In this document: positions 44,508 through 55,500 of the stretch, piece after piece
How positions within the stretch are numbered: position 1 is the first letter of the stretch
How the letters are laid out: each line of letters starts with the position of its first letter
Translations under genes and position numbers: made by a program
Notes under the pieces: generated by a model
What the model saw: the letters and a program-made list of their open reading frames with translations, nothing else
What the model was told of the DNA's origin: nothing
The model's database searches: none
Virus record (IMG/VR): IMGVR_UViG_3300025519_000001
Location: 64,001-128,000 of that record
Direction: 5' to 3' (one strand)
Length of the DNA stretch: 64,000 nt
Source: a virus

Positions 44508-47500
44508 TTAGCCTCTCCCAATACGAACGCCTTTCTTGTTTAGACTACTGATAAAGTCATTGGCAAAAGAGGAGCCATTTTTAGGTGTAGAAGGGAAGTT
44601 CATTGTTATATTTTCAATATTTGTGGTTACTGTAGAAGAAGCACTTGCCTGTTTTGGAGTAATAGCGCTCATTCCAACAGCAACACGATTTACAAGACTA
44701 TTTATAAAACTTACTGGATTATCAAGGACAACTTCACCCTTTTTTAAAATGGCAGGTATTTCATTAGATTTGAGAATTCTATCTAGCCACTTCTGAGTGG
44801 TAGTTCCTTCAACGCCCACTTCCCCGCCTTGATGATACACTTGAAGATTTTTTAATTGATCATAACTTCCATCGGGGAAAGAAAACTTATCTCTATATTC
44901 CTGATTTATAGAGCGTAATTGCTCCATTTGATTTCTTATAGTGGCTATTTGAGATTGTGATAAACCACCCGATTGAATTTCCTTTGCCAAAGAATCATAT
45001 TTTTGTTTGTTGCTTAAATATTCTTTCCAAGCATTTTCTCTAATTGCATTTTGAGCGGTACTCGTAACTACGCTACCAATAGAGCCATTAGAAATGCTAG
45101 AATTACTTGAACCACTTGAATTGCTTGAATTTCCTGTGGGTATTGGAAAATCATTTAATTTTTCATAATCCATTTGGAAGTTACTATTTATCGTCGAAAA
45201 CATATCTCCAAGTAAACTTGCATTATTTTTTAAATCGGCAAAAAACTCATCATACTGCCCACGAATAAGGTTTAAGGTGCTTTCGACTTTTGTCGCATCT
45301 TGACTCATCAAGTCTTGCTTTAGCTGATAAAAATAACGCTCATCCTCTAATATCGAATCATAATAGTCTTCTCTTTCTTGCTTTTCGTCTTCTAGCTGTT
45401 TTGAAACTGAATCATGATAATTGTCTTCAAGTTCCTTTTGCTCGTCAATATAATCTTTTCGATCATCTAACTGATCTTGAAGGGCATTTTTGGTCAATTC
45501 TCTTTCGCGATCTCGCTGTTTTTCAGCGATTTGCTCATCAATATCACTTAATTGTTGTTGCAAATCGGCTCTTCTTGCTTTCGCCTCAAAGGAATCGTCT
45601 TTAAGCAGAGTGTTATACTGTGCTTGTATTTTTGCACGCTCGTCGAGCAACTTTTGTAAATCTTGTTGGTAATCTTCTGTGCTATTTGCTCTATCCAATG
45701 CTTCCATTTGGGCATTTATATATTCCTCGAATTTATTATACTCGTCATCGAGATTTTTCATTTTTTGGTCATGGCGTTCATTCTCGGCATCAATTTGTGC
45801 ATCAATTGCTTTGAGCGCTAAATCCTTTTGTTGCTCAAGCATTTTTTTGTAAGCATCAATGTAATCGTCTACTTGGCTTTCAAGATCAGATTCAATTTGG
45901 TCATCTAATTGAACCATCTGAGTTTGATAATCTCTAACATAACTCTTTAATTCCTCAAGTTTTGCCTGAGCACGATGACGTTCTTCTTCAGTTAATGTGG
46001 TAGTTAACTTTCTTTCGAGTTCAACAATCTGAGAATTATAAGACTTAATTCCTGCTAACAAAGTATCTCGTATTTGACTGTTAATTTGTTGTGCTTGCTT
46101 TTTCTCTTCATCTGTATCAATATTTCCAAGAAGTGTCTTTTGAAAATCTAAATCACTTAACGTTTCATTAAATCCTTCTGCCAAAGCTTCTGCTTGTTGT
46201 TTACCTACAGTCTCAGCCTGTGAAATAAGATCAGCACTTACAGAATCAAGAGCGGACATGAGCGATTGTAAATAAATCTTATTTGCTTCTTTAATTGCGC
46301 TTGTCGCATTGCTGTTAATAATCGTTTTTGCCTTTGCAATTTCAGACAGAATTTTATTTTTTTCAGTTACTAAGGCACTCAATATTTCATTTGAATCATT
46401 TGCCAATGCAGCTTTTTCTTCTTTAGTATTGATCTCGCCCAACAAGGATATTTTATTGTTTGCCAAAGATTTAGATCTTTCTGCAACGCTCTGGATTTTG
46501 TCCAATCCCATTTGGAGAGTGTCTGCAATATCTGTTGTTGCCTGTTCTAGCTGAGATTTTGTATCGCCAAGTTTATTATCGAGTTCAAGAAAGCGCTCAA
46601 CCATACTTTCAAGCTGACTGGCCGTATAACCCAGACGAGCAGAAGCTTTAGATTTTGAAAGAGCAACAAGTTTATCTTCTACATTATCTACAACCTCACC
46701 ATTTTGAACCAATCCGACTCTTGTAAGTTTTGATTGAAGTGAACTTTTCTCTGAAAGCTGTTCTTTATTAAGATTATTTAAGGCGACTGTCAGTTTCGAA
46801 TAGAGTGTTAGACGATCAGATAATAGTTTATCGTAAGATTCATTTTTAGCTTTTGCTTCATCAATCTTTTTTGAATTGTCATCTAGTAGACGATTATATT
46901 TATCAACTTCAAGTTGTGCTTTGCTTATATTCAGATTAGGTTCGTATTGATTTGTTGACGATGATTTGGATGACGATACTCCATAATTAGGATTTGAAAA
47001 TATATCTTGAAATTTCTTTTTATAATTATCTTGAAGATCAACTAATTCGTGAATAAGATTAATGGTATTTTGCGCATCTTGATTTAATGCTTTTACATGC
47101 ACATTTCCCATTGTAATTTCTTCGCCAGTTTGAGAAATAGGATTATTATAAATATTTGCAATAGCTTGTTGTGCTGTCGCAAGGTCAGTGATCGAATCAA
47201 TTTCAAGACCATAATATTTTAAACGATTTTGTAACTGCTTATATACTTCACTGGTCTTTGCGGCTTCCGCTGCTTTCGTTTGGGCTAACAGGTCAGCTTG
47301 CGATACTCTCAACGCATCTAGGGCGCTTTTTTCTAACGTCCATCCATCTTTTGTTTGCCTGATATATTGAATTAATTCTGGATACGATGAAATTAATTCA
47401 CCAATTGATTTAGCATCTAACGATTTCCCTTTTGAAGAATCATACAATGCTTGATTTAATGCTTTAAGTTCAGATTCGGCAGACGAAGCTTCCTTAGACA

Positions 47501-50500
47501 AATCATCCAATAAAGGTGATGTATCATCAAGAGTATTTAGAAATTCTTGTAATGATTGAGTTGTTTGAGAAGAACCTTTCTTTAACCCATCAATAAATGA
47601 TTTTGTTTTTGAATCTGCGATGCCAATTGAATTACCATATTTTACTAAATCTTCTGATAAAATTTTAAATTGATTTTGATCTTTTATATTTTTTAGTGAA
47701 TTTAATTTATCAAAAAACGCCGCCAGAGCATTTGCCTTATCATATAATTGATCACTTGATAAATTTACATCCAAGTTACGAGAGATGTCCTCTAATTCTT
47801 TACTTAAATTATCATCAAGTTTAACGTGATTTTGTTCTAAAATGGTTTGAGTTAATCCATTTAAGCTATCACGAATATTATTTGTTGAGGTTGCAACTTT
47901 ATATTGAGCTTGAATTAATTTAGTTTGTAGTTCATTTAATTCTGAATCGGTGTATTTAATAAATGTACCGAATCCTCCATCAGCAACAATATATCCACCC
48001 ATTGCTATTTTGGCTTGAATATCTGCTACTTCTTTTTGGTCTTTTTTTAGTTGCTCTAATTGATCTTTAAAGTTATCTTTTGCGTCGAGGATATTTTGTT
48101 TTGCTTCTTGATCAGCAAGTTGTTGAGCGTATTCAAGCTCTTGTTTTATAGCATCAGCATTTTTTAAGTGTGCTTGCCCTTTATCGTCAATAGACTGAAC
48201 AAGATTAGGCATTAAGTCGGCTAATTGTTGAACGGTGTCTTTATATTTGGTTTCTTGATCAATATCAGAAAATACTTTTCCACCGTTAGTTGCTTTATCT
48301 AATTCATTATATGTATTAAGTAAATCATTAATATGATCCTTTTGATTCGCATAATTATCAGCAATTTGTTTTTGTTGTTGCTGAAACTCTTTTTCTTGCT
48401 GAATATTTTTCTGATGTTGAGTGTAAAGGGCTGATAGACCAGCTACCACACCCGTAATAGCAAGAGATAATCCCAATGTTAATGTCGCTTCTAAAGCGGC
48501 AGCAGCAACTTGTGTACCAATTAATGCAAGTCTTAAAGCACCTAGACTTACACCAGCCGCTTGTGCTGTTCTAGGAAATCTTGTTAATGCAGTAGAGATT
48601 ACATTTATTCTATCCTTAAGAGAATCAATTGTTGTATTTAATTTTAATGCTCCAGGAACTATCATTGTTAATGATTTAGAAAGGGAGTTTCCAACACTAG
48701 TGAATTTTAAAAACGACGCTGTTGTAGCAAACACAACTATGTTTAATCCACCGAATGTGTCAGTTAGACTTTTTAGAACATTAATTGCGCTTGTACCAAT
48801 ATCTACAATATCTTTTAGAGCATCAGAAGTAATATTAGAACTCCAAAAATCATTAATAGCATTTCTAAATTTAGCAATATGACCCTGCAAACTATCAAGA
48901 TATTTTGCATTTTCTCTAGCCGCAGAACCAAAACTATCCAATCCTGCTTGTAATGCACCTTCTGCATCTTTCCAGTTTTCAATCAAAGATGCTGCAACGT
49001 TTGCTTGTTCTTTACCTGCGATAAGTTCAAGAATATCTGATTTTTGAAAATCAGAAAGTTTATTCCAAACTCCCGCTAATTCTTGAAAAATTTCATATGT
49101 ACTTTTGAAAGAATTATTATCATTCTTTAAACTCAAACCAATAGAATTAAATTTTTCTTCTAAAGTTGGAACTAGATTAGCAACTTCTTCTCCATCTTCA
49201 GAAATACCGCGAAGACGAAGTGAAAGCGTTTTCAAGGCATTTCCTACACGTTCTGGGTCTTGTATTGAAGCATTAGCAGCGGTTATAAGCGCAATGCTCT
49301 GCTCCATACTGTTTCCGGCTTCTGTTAATGCTGAAGCAGAGCGTTTGGCCGCTTCACCAATACCAGCAGAGCTAATAGCAAATTTGTTACCAACTTCATT
49401 ATAAACATCTACTAGATGCTGAATATTTTTTCCCTGATTATCTACTTCAATTCCAAAACCCTTAATAGCGGCAATAAGATCGGTTGAGGCTTCTTCAGCA
49501 CTTGAAATATCACCAACATTCTGATAAATAACAGTTTCTTTTGCTAATTGTTGCGCTTGTTGAAGGCTATATCCAAGTCTCGTCCATTCTGTTGTTGACT
49601 TTATGACATCAAGAGTAAGCGCTCCAACAGAATTTGCGGTTTGCGTGGCTTGTTTAGCAAAAGAAGCAAAGTTCTCTTTTGTTAAATCAGATGTCTTAGT
49701 TAAGTCAGTTAACGCAGTATCAAGATCGTATACATATTTAATTCCGCCTTCTAAAGCATGAAGGGAACCGTAAACCGCAGTTGTAGCAATACCCCACTGA
49801 GTTATACGAGTTAGGGCGATTCTTAATGCTTCTCCAAATGATAAAACATTAGAACCGGCAGTTTTAGCAGAAGCAGTAATATTTTTTAATTGAATATCTA
49901 TATCTTTCAATGCAGTTTTATAACTTCCACTAATTCCAGTTAACCCATTATTACCACTAAAAGTAATACCAGAGAGTTGCTTATTAACTTCTTTTAATTG
50001 TTGGGCTACATTTTGATCAGCCCCAAACCTCCTCATCAAATCATCGATTTTTGCTCTTCTAGAGGCGATTGATTGTTCAAAATCTAAATTTTTTTTTATG
50101 TTTTCTTGATGAGCTAGATAATATAATTTTTCTTCTTCTAGTGCAGATTTATAATTTTTTAGATATTCTTCAATTTGGGAATAATTAGTTATAAAACCTT
50201 GTTTGTCTGTTTTAACCACAAGTTTATTATTATTTATTTCATCTTGAAGTGTATGAATAGCACCAATTACTTCTCCAAATTGATTATAATTTAATTTTGT
50301 TCTTACATTTTTGCTAAATTGGCTGTATTCAATTAATAACATTTCAAGCGTTTTTCGTTGATCATCTAATGCTTTGGTTTCTTGCTGAACCGATCTTTTA
50401 TTTTCATCGTGAACAACACGGACATTTTTTACAACTTCGCCCATTTTATTTGTTTTTTCCGTTATGGTTACTACTGTTCCATCAAGCTTTTTATAGATAT

Positions 50501-50723
50501 GTTGATTTTCTTCAACAACTTGGTTGGCGTTATCAATAACACTTTTGATTTTATCAAATGAATTTATAGATTTGTTTAATGTTTCTGTGTCAATACCAAT
50601 CTTTAAATCTAATGCTGATACCTTTTTAGATAATTCGGCAATTTGCTTATTTAAGTCAGTAATTGCTTGTGTAGATGTATCAATCTTTGTTTTTATCAAA
50701 ATCGAAAGATCATTTTCGTTCAC
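44508..50723 (-). CDS. Tape measure protein (TP901-family core)
   Basis: 2071 aa helical protein; NEVGNKFAISS and VGNALKTLSLRL motifs. Confidence 0.93.
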   Translation of the reverse strand: MNENDLSILIKTKIDTSTQAITDLNKQIAELSKKVSALDLKIGIDTETLNKSINSFDKIKSVIDNANQVVEENQHIYKKLDGTVVTITEKTNKMGEVVKNVRVVHDENKRSVQQETKALDDQRKTLEMLLIEYSQFSKNVRTKLNYNQFGEVIGAIHTLQDEINNNKLVVKTDKQGFITNYSQIEEYLKNYKSALEEEKLYYLAHQENIKKNLDFEQSIASRRAKIDDLMRRFGADQNVAQQLKEVNKQLSGITFSGNNGLTGISGSYKTALKDIDIQLKNITASAKTAGSNVLSFGEALRIALTRITQWGIATTAVYGSLHALEGGIKYVYDLDTALTDLTKTSDLTKENFASFAKQATQTANSVGALTLDVIKSTTEWTRLGYSLQQAQQLAKETVIYQNVGDISSAEEASTDLIAAIKGFGIEVDNQGKNIQHLVDVYNEVGNKFAISSAGIGEAAKRSASALTEAGNSMEQSIALITAANASIQDPERVGNALKTLSLRLRGISEDGEEVANLVPTLEEKFNSIGLSLKNDNNSFKSTYEIFQELAGVWNKLSDFQKSDILELIAGKEQANVAASLIENWKDAEGALQAGLDSFGSAARENAKYLDSLQGHIAKFRNAINDFWSSNITSDALKDIVDIGTSAINVLKSLTDTFGGLNIVVFATTASFLKFTSVGNSLSKSLTMIVPGALKLNTTIDSLKDRINVISTALTRFPRTAQAAGVSLGALRLALIGTQVAAAALEATLTLGLSLAITGVVAGLSALYTQHQKNIQQEKEFQQQQKQIADNYANQKDHINDLLNTYNELDKATNGGKVFSDIDQETKYKDTVQQLADLMPNLVQSIDDKGQAHLKNADAIKQELEYAQQLADQEAKQNILDAKDNFKDQLEQLKKDQKEVADIQAKIAMGGYIVADGGFGTFIKYTDSELNELQTKLIQAQYKVATSTNNIRDSLNGLTQTILEQNHVKLDDNLSKELEDISRNLDVNLSSDQLYDKANALAAFFDKLNSLKNIKDQNQFKILSEDLVKYGNSIGIADSKTKSFIDGLKKGSSQTTQSLQEFLNTLDDTSPLLDDLSKEASSAESELKALNQALYDSSKGKSLDAKSIGELISSYPELIQYIRQTKDGWTLEKSALDALRVSQADLLAQTKAAEAAKTSEVYKQLQNRLKYYGLEIDSITDLATAQQAIANIYNNPISQTGEEITMGNVHVKALNQDAQNTINLIHELVDLQDNYKKKFQDIFSNPNYGVSSSKSSSTNQYEPNLNISKAQLEVDKYNRLLDDNSKKIDEAKAKNESYDKLLSDRLTLYSKLTVALNNLNKEQLSEKSSLQSKLTRVGLVQNGEVVDNVEDKLVALSKSKASARLGYTASQLESMVERFLELDNKLGDTKSQLEQATTDIADTLQMGLDKIQSVAERSKSLANNKISLLGEINTKEEKAALANDSNEILSALVTEKNKILSEIAKAKTIINSNATSAIKEANKIYLQSLMSALDSVSADLISQAETVGKQQAEALAEGFNETLSDLDFQKTLLGNIDTDEEKKQAQQINSQIRDTLLAGIKSYNSQIVELERKLTTTLTEEERHRAQAKLEELKSYVRDYQTQMVQLDDQIESDLESQVDDYIDAYKKMLEQQKDLALKAIDAQIDAENERHDQKMKNLDDEYNKFEEYINAQMEALDRANSTEDYQQDLQKLLDERAKIQAQYNTLLKDDSFEAKARRADLQQQLSDIDEQIAEKQRDRERELTKNALQDQLDDRKDYIDEQKELEDNYHDSVSKQLEDEKQEREDYYDSILEDERYFYQLKQDLMSQDATKVESTLNLIRGQYDEFFADLKNNASLLGDMFSTINSNFQMDYEKLNDFPIPTGNSSNSSGSSNSSISNGSIGSVVTSTAQNAIRENAWKEYLSNKQKYDSLAKEIQSGGLSQSQIATIRNQMEQLRSINQEYRDKFSFPDGSYDQLKNLQVYHQGGEVGVEGTTTQKWLDRILKSNEIPAILKKGEVVLDNPVSFINSLVNRVAVGMSAITPKQASASSTVTTNIENITMNFPSTPKNGSSFANDFISSLNKKGVRIGRG

Positions 50724-50759
50724 CTTTATTCACTTCCTTTTTCAAAAAATTTATAGAGT

Positions 50760-51260
50760 GTGCAGGAATTATTATTTCACCGTCGAATCTTGTTAATGGT
50801 GATAATAGTGCGTTTCATAATATTTGCGATTGTATTAATAATCTGTATAGCACGTCCAATTTTACTTATTTTTCCGTTAACATTTATCTCCATTTATTTA
50901 CTTTTAAAATATCATGATAAATTTAACAAAGGATATTTGTACACTATACATGGATTTGTTGAAGGAAATTCTTGTATAGTCTATTTATACAAAGACAAAA
51001 TCGTATTAGATAATAAGAAAATAATTCCATTAGATAGAGTTATATTTTCTGAAACAACTGAAAGACATAATGACATTTATGGTGGTATGGGATACCATGT
51101 TGATCATGCTACATATTTTTTAGATATTCATTGTTTAAACAAAAACAACCAAAAAGAACTTCTGATAATTAGTTCTAAAATCAATGGTCATCGACAATAT
51201 AAGACTTACAAAAAATTTAGTAGGGAATTAAATAGATTGACAAAACATAAAAACAGTTAA
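50760..51260 (+). CDS. Membrane protein in inverted orientation (moron)
   Basis: Two N-terminal hydrophobic helices; opposite strand to the operon. Confidence 0.55.
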   Translation: MQELLFHRRILLMVIIVRFIIFAIVLIICIARPILLIFPLTFISIYLLLKYHDKFNKGYLYTIHGFVEGNSCIVYLYKDKIVLDNKKIIPLDRVIFSETTERHNDIYGGMGYHVDHATYFLDIHCLNKNNQKELLIISSKINGHRQYKTYKKFSRELNRLTKHKNS

Positions 51261-51368
51261 TTGCCGTTGACACTCCCCACACAGATTACGGCAATGGATT
51301 ATAAATCATCTAATACATAAATTTTATCCAAAAGAAAAGAGCCAATATCTTTGGCTCCTTTGTTTTGA

Positions 51369-51386
51369 ATGAAATTTATATTTCAT
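51369..51386. repeat. ATGAAA-N6-TTTCAT dyad
   Basis: atgaaa-tttata-tttcat(gc). Confidence 0.65.
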
Positions 51387-51430
51387 GCCAAAAATCCGAT
51401 AATATCCGACTTTTGTGTTAGGCGACAGGG

Positions 51431-51856
51431 TTAATAAATATCATCAAACAGTCTACAAACAGCTTCATACTTTAATGCGTCTTCGCCTTGCCACTCAATA
51501 GGGCATTCTTCTACGCATTTCTTCAAGATCAACAGCATTTCTTTGTTTGTTTCATTTTCTTCAACAACAAACTCTTCCAAATTTAATTCCATTAACTCCT
51601 TAAAAAATTTTTCTTTATCGATAATATCTGCTTCTCCAGCACCGTTTTTATCCACATTTAAAATAACGATATTTCCATTTTCATCTAATCTAGAATTTTC
51701 TTTTATTAGCTGATAACGATGCTTCTCATATTCTTGTTTGTTGTTTTGTAGGATTTCTAAAAACTTCATCCTCATTCGATTGTTTTTTCCTGATAATTTT
51801 AGATTATTTAAAAGCCAATCATAATAAAAGTCAATTTCTCCGTATTTGATTTTCAT
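51431..51856 (-). CDS. Hypothetical phage protein
   Basis: 141 aa ORF with RBS. Confidence 0.7.
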   Translation of the reverse strand: MKIKYGEIDFYYDWLLNNLKLSGKNNRMRMKFLEILQNNKQEYEKHRYQLIKENSRLDENGNIVILNVDKNGAGEADIIDKEKFFKELMELNLEEFVVEENETNKEMLLILKKCVEECPIEWQGEDALKYEAVCRLFDDIY

Positions 51857-51868
51857 ATCATCTCTCCC

Positions 51869-52891
51869 TTAATCATCCTTCTTTAGATATTCTTTTAATT
51901 TATCTAAACCCTTCCATTGTCGTTCTTTGGCTGTTAAATCGTTGTAGATCTTATACATGTCCGATGATGTCCATCCCATAATTTCAATAATAAAATCAGA
52001 ATCAAGTCCCAATCTCGTTAAATGAGTAACAATATAATGGCGCAAAGAGTGAAAATAAAAAGGAACGCCCAAAAACTTTTCCCATTTCTCACTCCAACTA
52101 CGAATGGTACTTAAAACGGCAGGATCTCCATTTGGTTTAATAAAAATATAATCATGAGCCTTATTGTTTTCTTTCATAATTTTTTCACGTTCAATTAGCC
52201 ACTCTTTATAATAGGGAAGAAAATAATCTTTTAAAATATATTTATAAAGCAACTTCCCTTGCTTTCCATGGCCTTTAGTCTTTATTTTTTTTGTTGTTTC
52301 AATAAACATGCCATCAAAAGCCGTATTATTTTCATCAATTAATGAAGTTGTAAATCTAAGTAATTCTGAAGCTCTAGCTCCACAGCTAATAGCAAGCGCG
52401 AGTAAACAAGCTTCTTGTGGACGCTTTAGATCATCCTTAAGATATTTTAAAAGACCATCTACTTGATCTTCTGTTAAAATTGTTTTTTCTCTTACTGGAT
52501 TCTTTTTCAAATTCTCAATTGATTTTAAAATTACATTTTTAAAATTTGGATATTCTTCATCAAAAAAATTTTCAATAAAATTTGAAAAACTACTCAAACA
52601 TGCTTTCATCCTACTAAAGCGATTAGGACTCCATTTTAAATCTTCAACTCCATAACTAAAAAACTCTGAGAATTCTATTTTTTTTATATCAACAAAAAAT
52701 TTATTGTCGTTATATAAAAGATTCCAAGTAAAAAATATATTTAAGTCACTTCTATAAGCATTTACTGTTTCATCTGAACATTTCATATTTTTATCTTTTA
52801 GGAAGCGTTCCATCATTTTAATGTTTTTAGGATTTATTTTATTTAAAAGTTCATCATCTGTTATTTTCTTTTTAAAAGTTTTCCTTGCCAT
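51869..52891 (-). CDS. Tyrosine recombinase (XerC/D-like)
   Basis: CGARASE, KTKG, HSLRH, MGW, YKIY: complete catalytic set. Confidence 0.9.
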   Translation of the reverse strand: MARKTFKKKITDDELLNKINPKNIKMMERFLKDKNMKCSDETVNAYRSDLNIFFTWNLLYNDNKFFVDIKKIEFSEFFSYGVEDLKWSPNRFSRMKACLSSFSNFIENFFDEEYPNFKNVILKSIENLKKNPVREKTILTEDQVDGLLKYLKDDLKRPQEACLLALAISCGARASELLRFTTSLIDENNTAFDGMFIETTKKIKTKGHGKQGKLLYKYILKDYFLPYYKEWLIEREKIMKENNKAHDYIFIKPNGDPAVLSTIRSWSEKWEKFLGVPFYFHSLRHYIVTHLTRLGLDSDFIIEIMGWTSSDMYKIYNDLTAKERQWKGLDKLKEYLKKDD

Positions 52892-52899
52892 TAACTCAC

Positions 52900-53403
52900 C
52901 TACTTCACGATAATTCCACGTTTCATCATACCTTCCTTAAAAGCTTCAATATGTACTCCAGACCTCTTTAAGGCAGCTATTGTTTCAGCGGTAAAGGGTC
53001 TGCTTTGAAGGTATCTCCATGATGACCTATCTCTATTATATTTGTATTGATATTCTCCGTACTGTCCATGATTAACATTACTCATAGAAGGATCGCCATA
53101 CTCAATAAGTGGTGCAATATATAAATCTTCCTGATCTTGTCCCTTAGCCATATTGACTACCGATAAAATAACTTCGTTGCCCCTTTGTTCAACAACAGCA
53201 ACCATCATATCAACATCTTGCAAACCATCATCAGAATATCTTCTGCGCTTATATGCATTTGGTTGATAAGGCTCATAAACTACCTTTTCAATTTGTTTCT
53301 GTTCTTCAAAACGAACTGAATCTGCAACTTCATCATTTAAGGTTTCTTTTATATTTTTATTTATATATTTAAATAATTCATTCAGATTCTTGAATGTCGG
53401 CAT
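52900..53403 (-). CDS. Tail completion/neck protein (HK97 gp10-like)
   Basis: VVY..Y.P..YKRR and SRPFT motifs. Confidence 0.6.
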   Translation of the reverse strand: MPTFKNLNELFKYINKNIKETLNDEVADSVRFEEQKQIEKVVYEPYQPNAYKRRRYSDDGLQDVDMMVAVVEQRGNEVILSVVNMAKGQDQEDLYIAPLIEYGDPSMSNVNHGQYGEYQYKYNRDRSSWRYLQSRPFTAETIAALKRSGVHIEAFKEGMMKRGIIVK

Positions 53404-53884
53404 CAGAGTCACCTTTTTCATTGATTACAGCATTTACAAATGCTTCACCTAATGCATTGCCAATAAAATTACTATTTTTGCCAACTTGCTCAATCATATC
53501 TTGAACCCTCTTCAATTCTTCTGGATCAAATTGATTTAGAATTTCTTCAAGCAAATCTAAGTCGATAAGCTTCTCGCAAATAACCACCATTTTTTCAATA
53601 TCAAGTGGAATAGAGTTGCCCAAACTTGTAAAATGCTTTAATAGGAGCATATAATAAATAAAAGTTGCATCTTTAAATACTTCCCATGATACATTTTTAT
53701 TTTTTAATTGTTCTAGAATATCCGAATAATCCAAAAGTAATCTCTGAATTGAAGTTTTTTTAAACTTCAATTGAATATCAATATAGTCACCATTTTTCAG
53801 TGTAACGCGCTTCATCTGATTAAATTCTGCTGCGTGTTGCTTATTAATTGAAGCAAGCGACAAATGCTTTTGTTTTGTTGCCAT
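53378..53884 (-). CDS. Putative tail assembly chaperone
   Basis: Helical ORF between tail tube and tape measure genes; likely start MATK. Confidence 0.5.
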   Translation of the reverse strand: MATKQKHLSLASINKQHAAEFNQMKRVTLKNGDYIDIQLKFKKTSIQRLLLDYSDILEQLKNKNVSWEVFKDATFIYYMLLLKHFTSLGNSIPLDIEKMVVICEKLIDLDLLEEILNQFDPEELKRVQDMIEQVGKNSNFIGNALGEAFVNAVINEKGDSDADIQESE

Positions 53885-53910
53885 ATTTTTTTTCACTCTC
53901 CCTGAAAGAT

Positions 53911-54525
53911 TTAAAACCAACAAAAAGGATGATTTACTTTTCTCTCGAAAATCACAAGTAATTGTTTATTAGACCAGCAACCCGGACATTGATGAATAAC
54001 TTTTGTGTATATTTTTGAAAAATTATTTATACGATTTGGAAAACTCTCTTCTAAAAATTTAAACTTATGTTCCGAATCTTCATTTTCGCAACTTGAATCA
54101 TTGTAAGGAACAAGAATAATAAGGAATTCGCGCGTATATTCCATCATCTCATTAATCCAAAAATAAGGATTTTTAAAAAGCTGCAAACAATTGCTTGTTA
54201 TAATGACATCATAATTAATCCTATAATCTTTTAAAAAACCATTATAAAAAAATAATTCTGGATGTACTTGACGACATTCAAAAATTGCCTGATCTGAAAT
54301 ATCTAAACCACAAACAAAGGAAGTAGGAAAGTGTCGCATTAAAACTTCAACACCCTGTCCTAATGCACACCCCCAATCTAATATTTTTTTTCCATTTAAA
54401 TCTACAAAATTAGGTAAATTCTGAACGATCAACTCCATAAAGTTTTTTGTTTGCTCTTTACCATTAAATTCAATCCAGTTTGTTCTAAAACGATTATCCC
54501 AATATTCTTTACTATTTATCTCCAC
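53911..54525 (-). CDS. Class I SAM-dependent methyltransferase
   Basis: ILDWGCALGQG, GLDIS, YDVIIT. Confidence 0.85.
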   Translation of the reverse strand: MEINSKEYWDNRFRTNWIEFNGKEQTKNFMELIVQNLPNFVDLNGKKILDWGCALGQGVEVLMRHFPTSFVCGLDISDQAIFECRQVHPELFFYNGFLKDYRINYDVIITSNCLQLFKNPYFWINEMMEYTREFLIILVPYNDSSCENEDSEHKFKFLEESFPNRINNFSKIYTKVIHQCPGCWSNKQLLVIFERKVNHPFCWF

Positions 54526-54528
54526 ATA

Positions 54529-55500
54529 TCATACCTCCAAAATTGCTTGACGATACATCGCAAGCACTTGTTTTGCTCTTAGGGTATAATTATGATGCTT
54601 GTACACAAATTCTTGCGCCTGTTTAGCTTTTTCTTTTCGCTGTTCATCTGTCATTGAGAGAATTTCATTTACCATATCAAATAGTTCGTCGGTATTTTTG
54701 GGTAAGTATATATAATCATGAAAAAGAAACTCCTGAGCTTTTGTATAGCAAGAAACTAATAAAGCTCCTCCACTTCCAAGAACTTCATACATTCTCATTG
54801 ATGTTTGTGTATAAGAGCAATCATCCAGATTAAACCCCAAAGCAATTTTAGAGGATGAATAAACTAAAGGTAGTTTTTCATATGATAAAAGCCCATGATA
54901 GCAATCACAGTATTCTCTTATATCGATTTTTCTACTTCCATCTATCCACCAATTATTCCCGTAAACCCTTACATTGTAGTTATTCTGCAAAAGCGGAATT
55001 AGGAAATCAGAAACTTGCTTAGATCTTCTATCATAGTTATTTGCAACCAAAACTATATCATTGTCTATATTTACATCTATCTTTTTATGAAAGTTTGGAT
55101 TGCATCCAAACAACAGCAATTCTGCATTCTTTCCTTTTTTCCAATAGTTAGGTAAGCATTCTGCTGTTGTTGTAAAAATATAATCTGTATAATCAGACCA
55201 ATAATCACCAATCCAATGATCGTTTGGTGTATCTTCAATGGCCCAATAAAAATGAGGAATTCCCATCTTATTAGTGTATTCAAAAATTAATTCCGAAAAT
55301 TCGGCAAAACATTCACTAAAAACCAAATCTGGACGAAATATTTCAATCACTTCTTTAAATATTTTAAATTGGAGTTCTTTATTTTTATCCCAAAGTTGAT
55401 ATTCTTTATCCATAATAAAAACATCATGACCCAAGTTACGAAAACCAGAAGAAAGACCAAACTTAATAAGGGGGGCATTATTTGTAAATAATATTCTCAT
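54529..55500 (-). CDS. CgeB-like glycosyltransferase
   Basis: YWAIEDTP, IFTT, YSSSKIALG, SMRMYEVLGSGG, HNYTLRA. Confidence 0.85.
   Translation of the reverse strand: MRILFTNNAPLIKFGLSSGFRNLGHDVFIMDKEYQLWDKNKELQFKIFKEVIEIFRPDLVFSECFAEFSELIFEYTNKMGIPHFYWAIEDTPNDHWIGDYWSDYTDYIFTTTAECLPNYWKKGKNAELLLFGCNPNFHKKIDVNIDNDIVLVANNYDRRSKQVSDFLIPLLQNNYNVRVYGNNWWIDGSRKIDIREYCDCYHGLLSYEKLPLVYSSSKIALGFNLDDCSYTQTSMRMYEVLGSGGALLVSCYTKAQEFLFHDYIYLPKNTDELFDMVNEILSMTDEQRKEKAKQAQEFVYKHHNYTLRAKQVLAMYRQAILEV

Noticed and set aside
44536-49404. Many short + strand ORFs within the tape measure gene (and similar ones in other long genes)
   Set aside because: Antisense shadows without RBS or recognisable motifs
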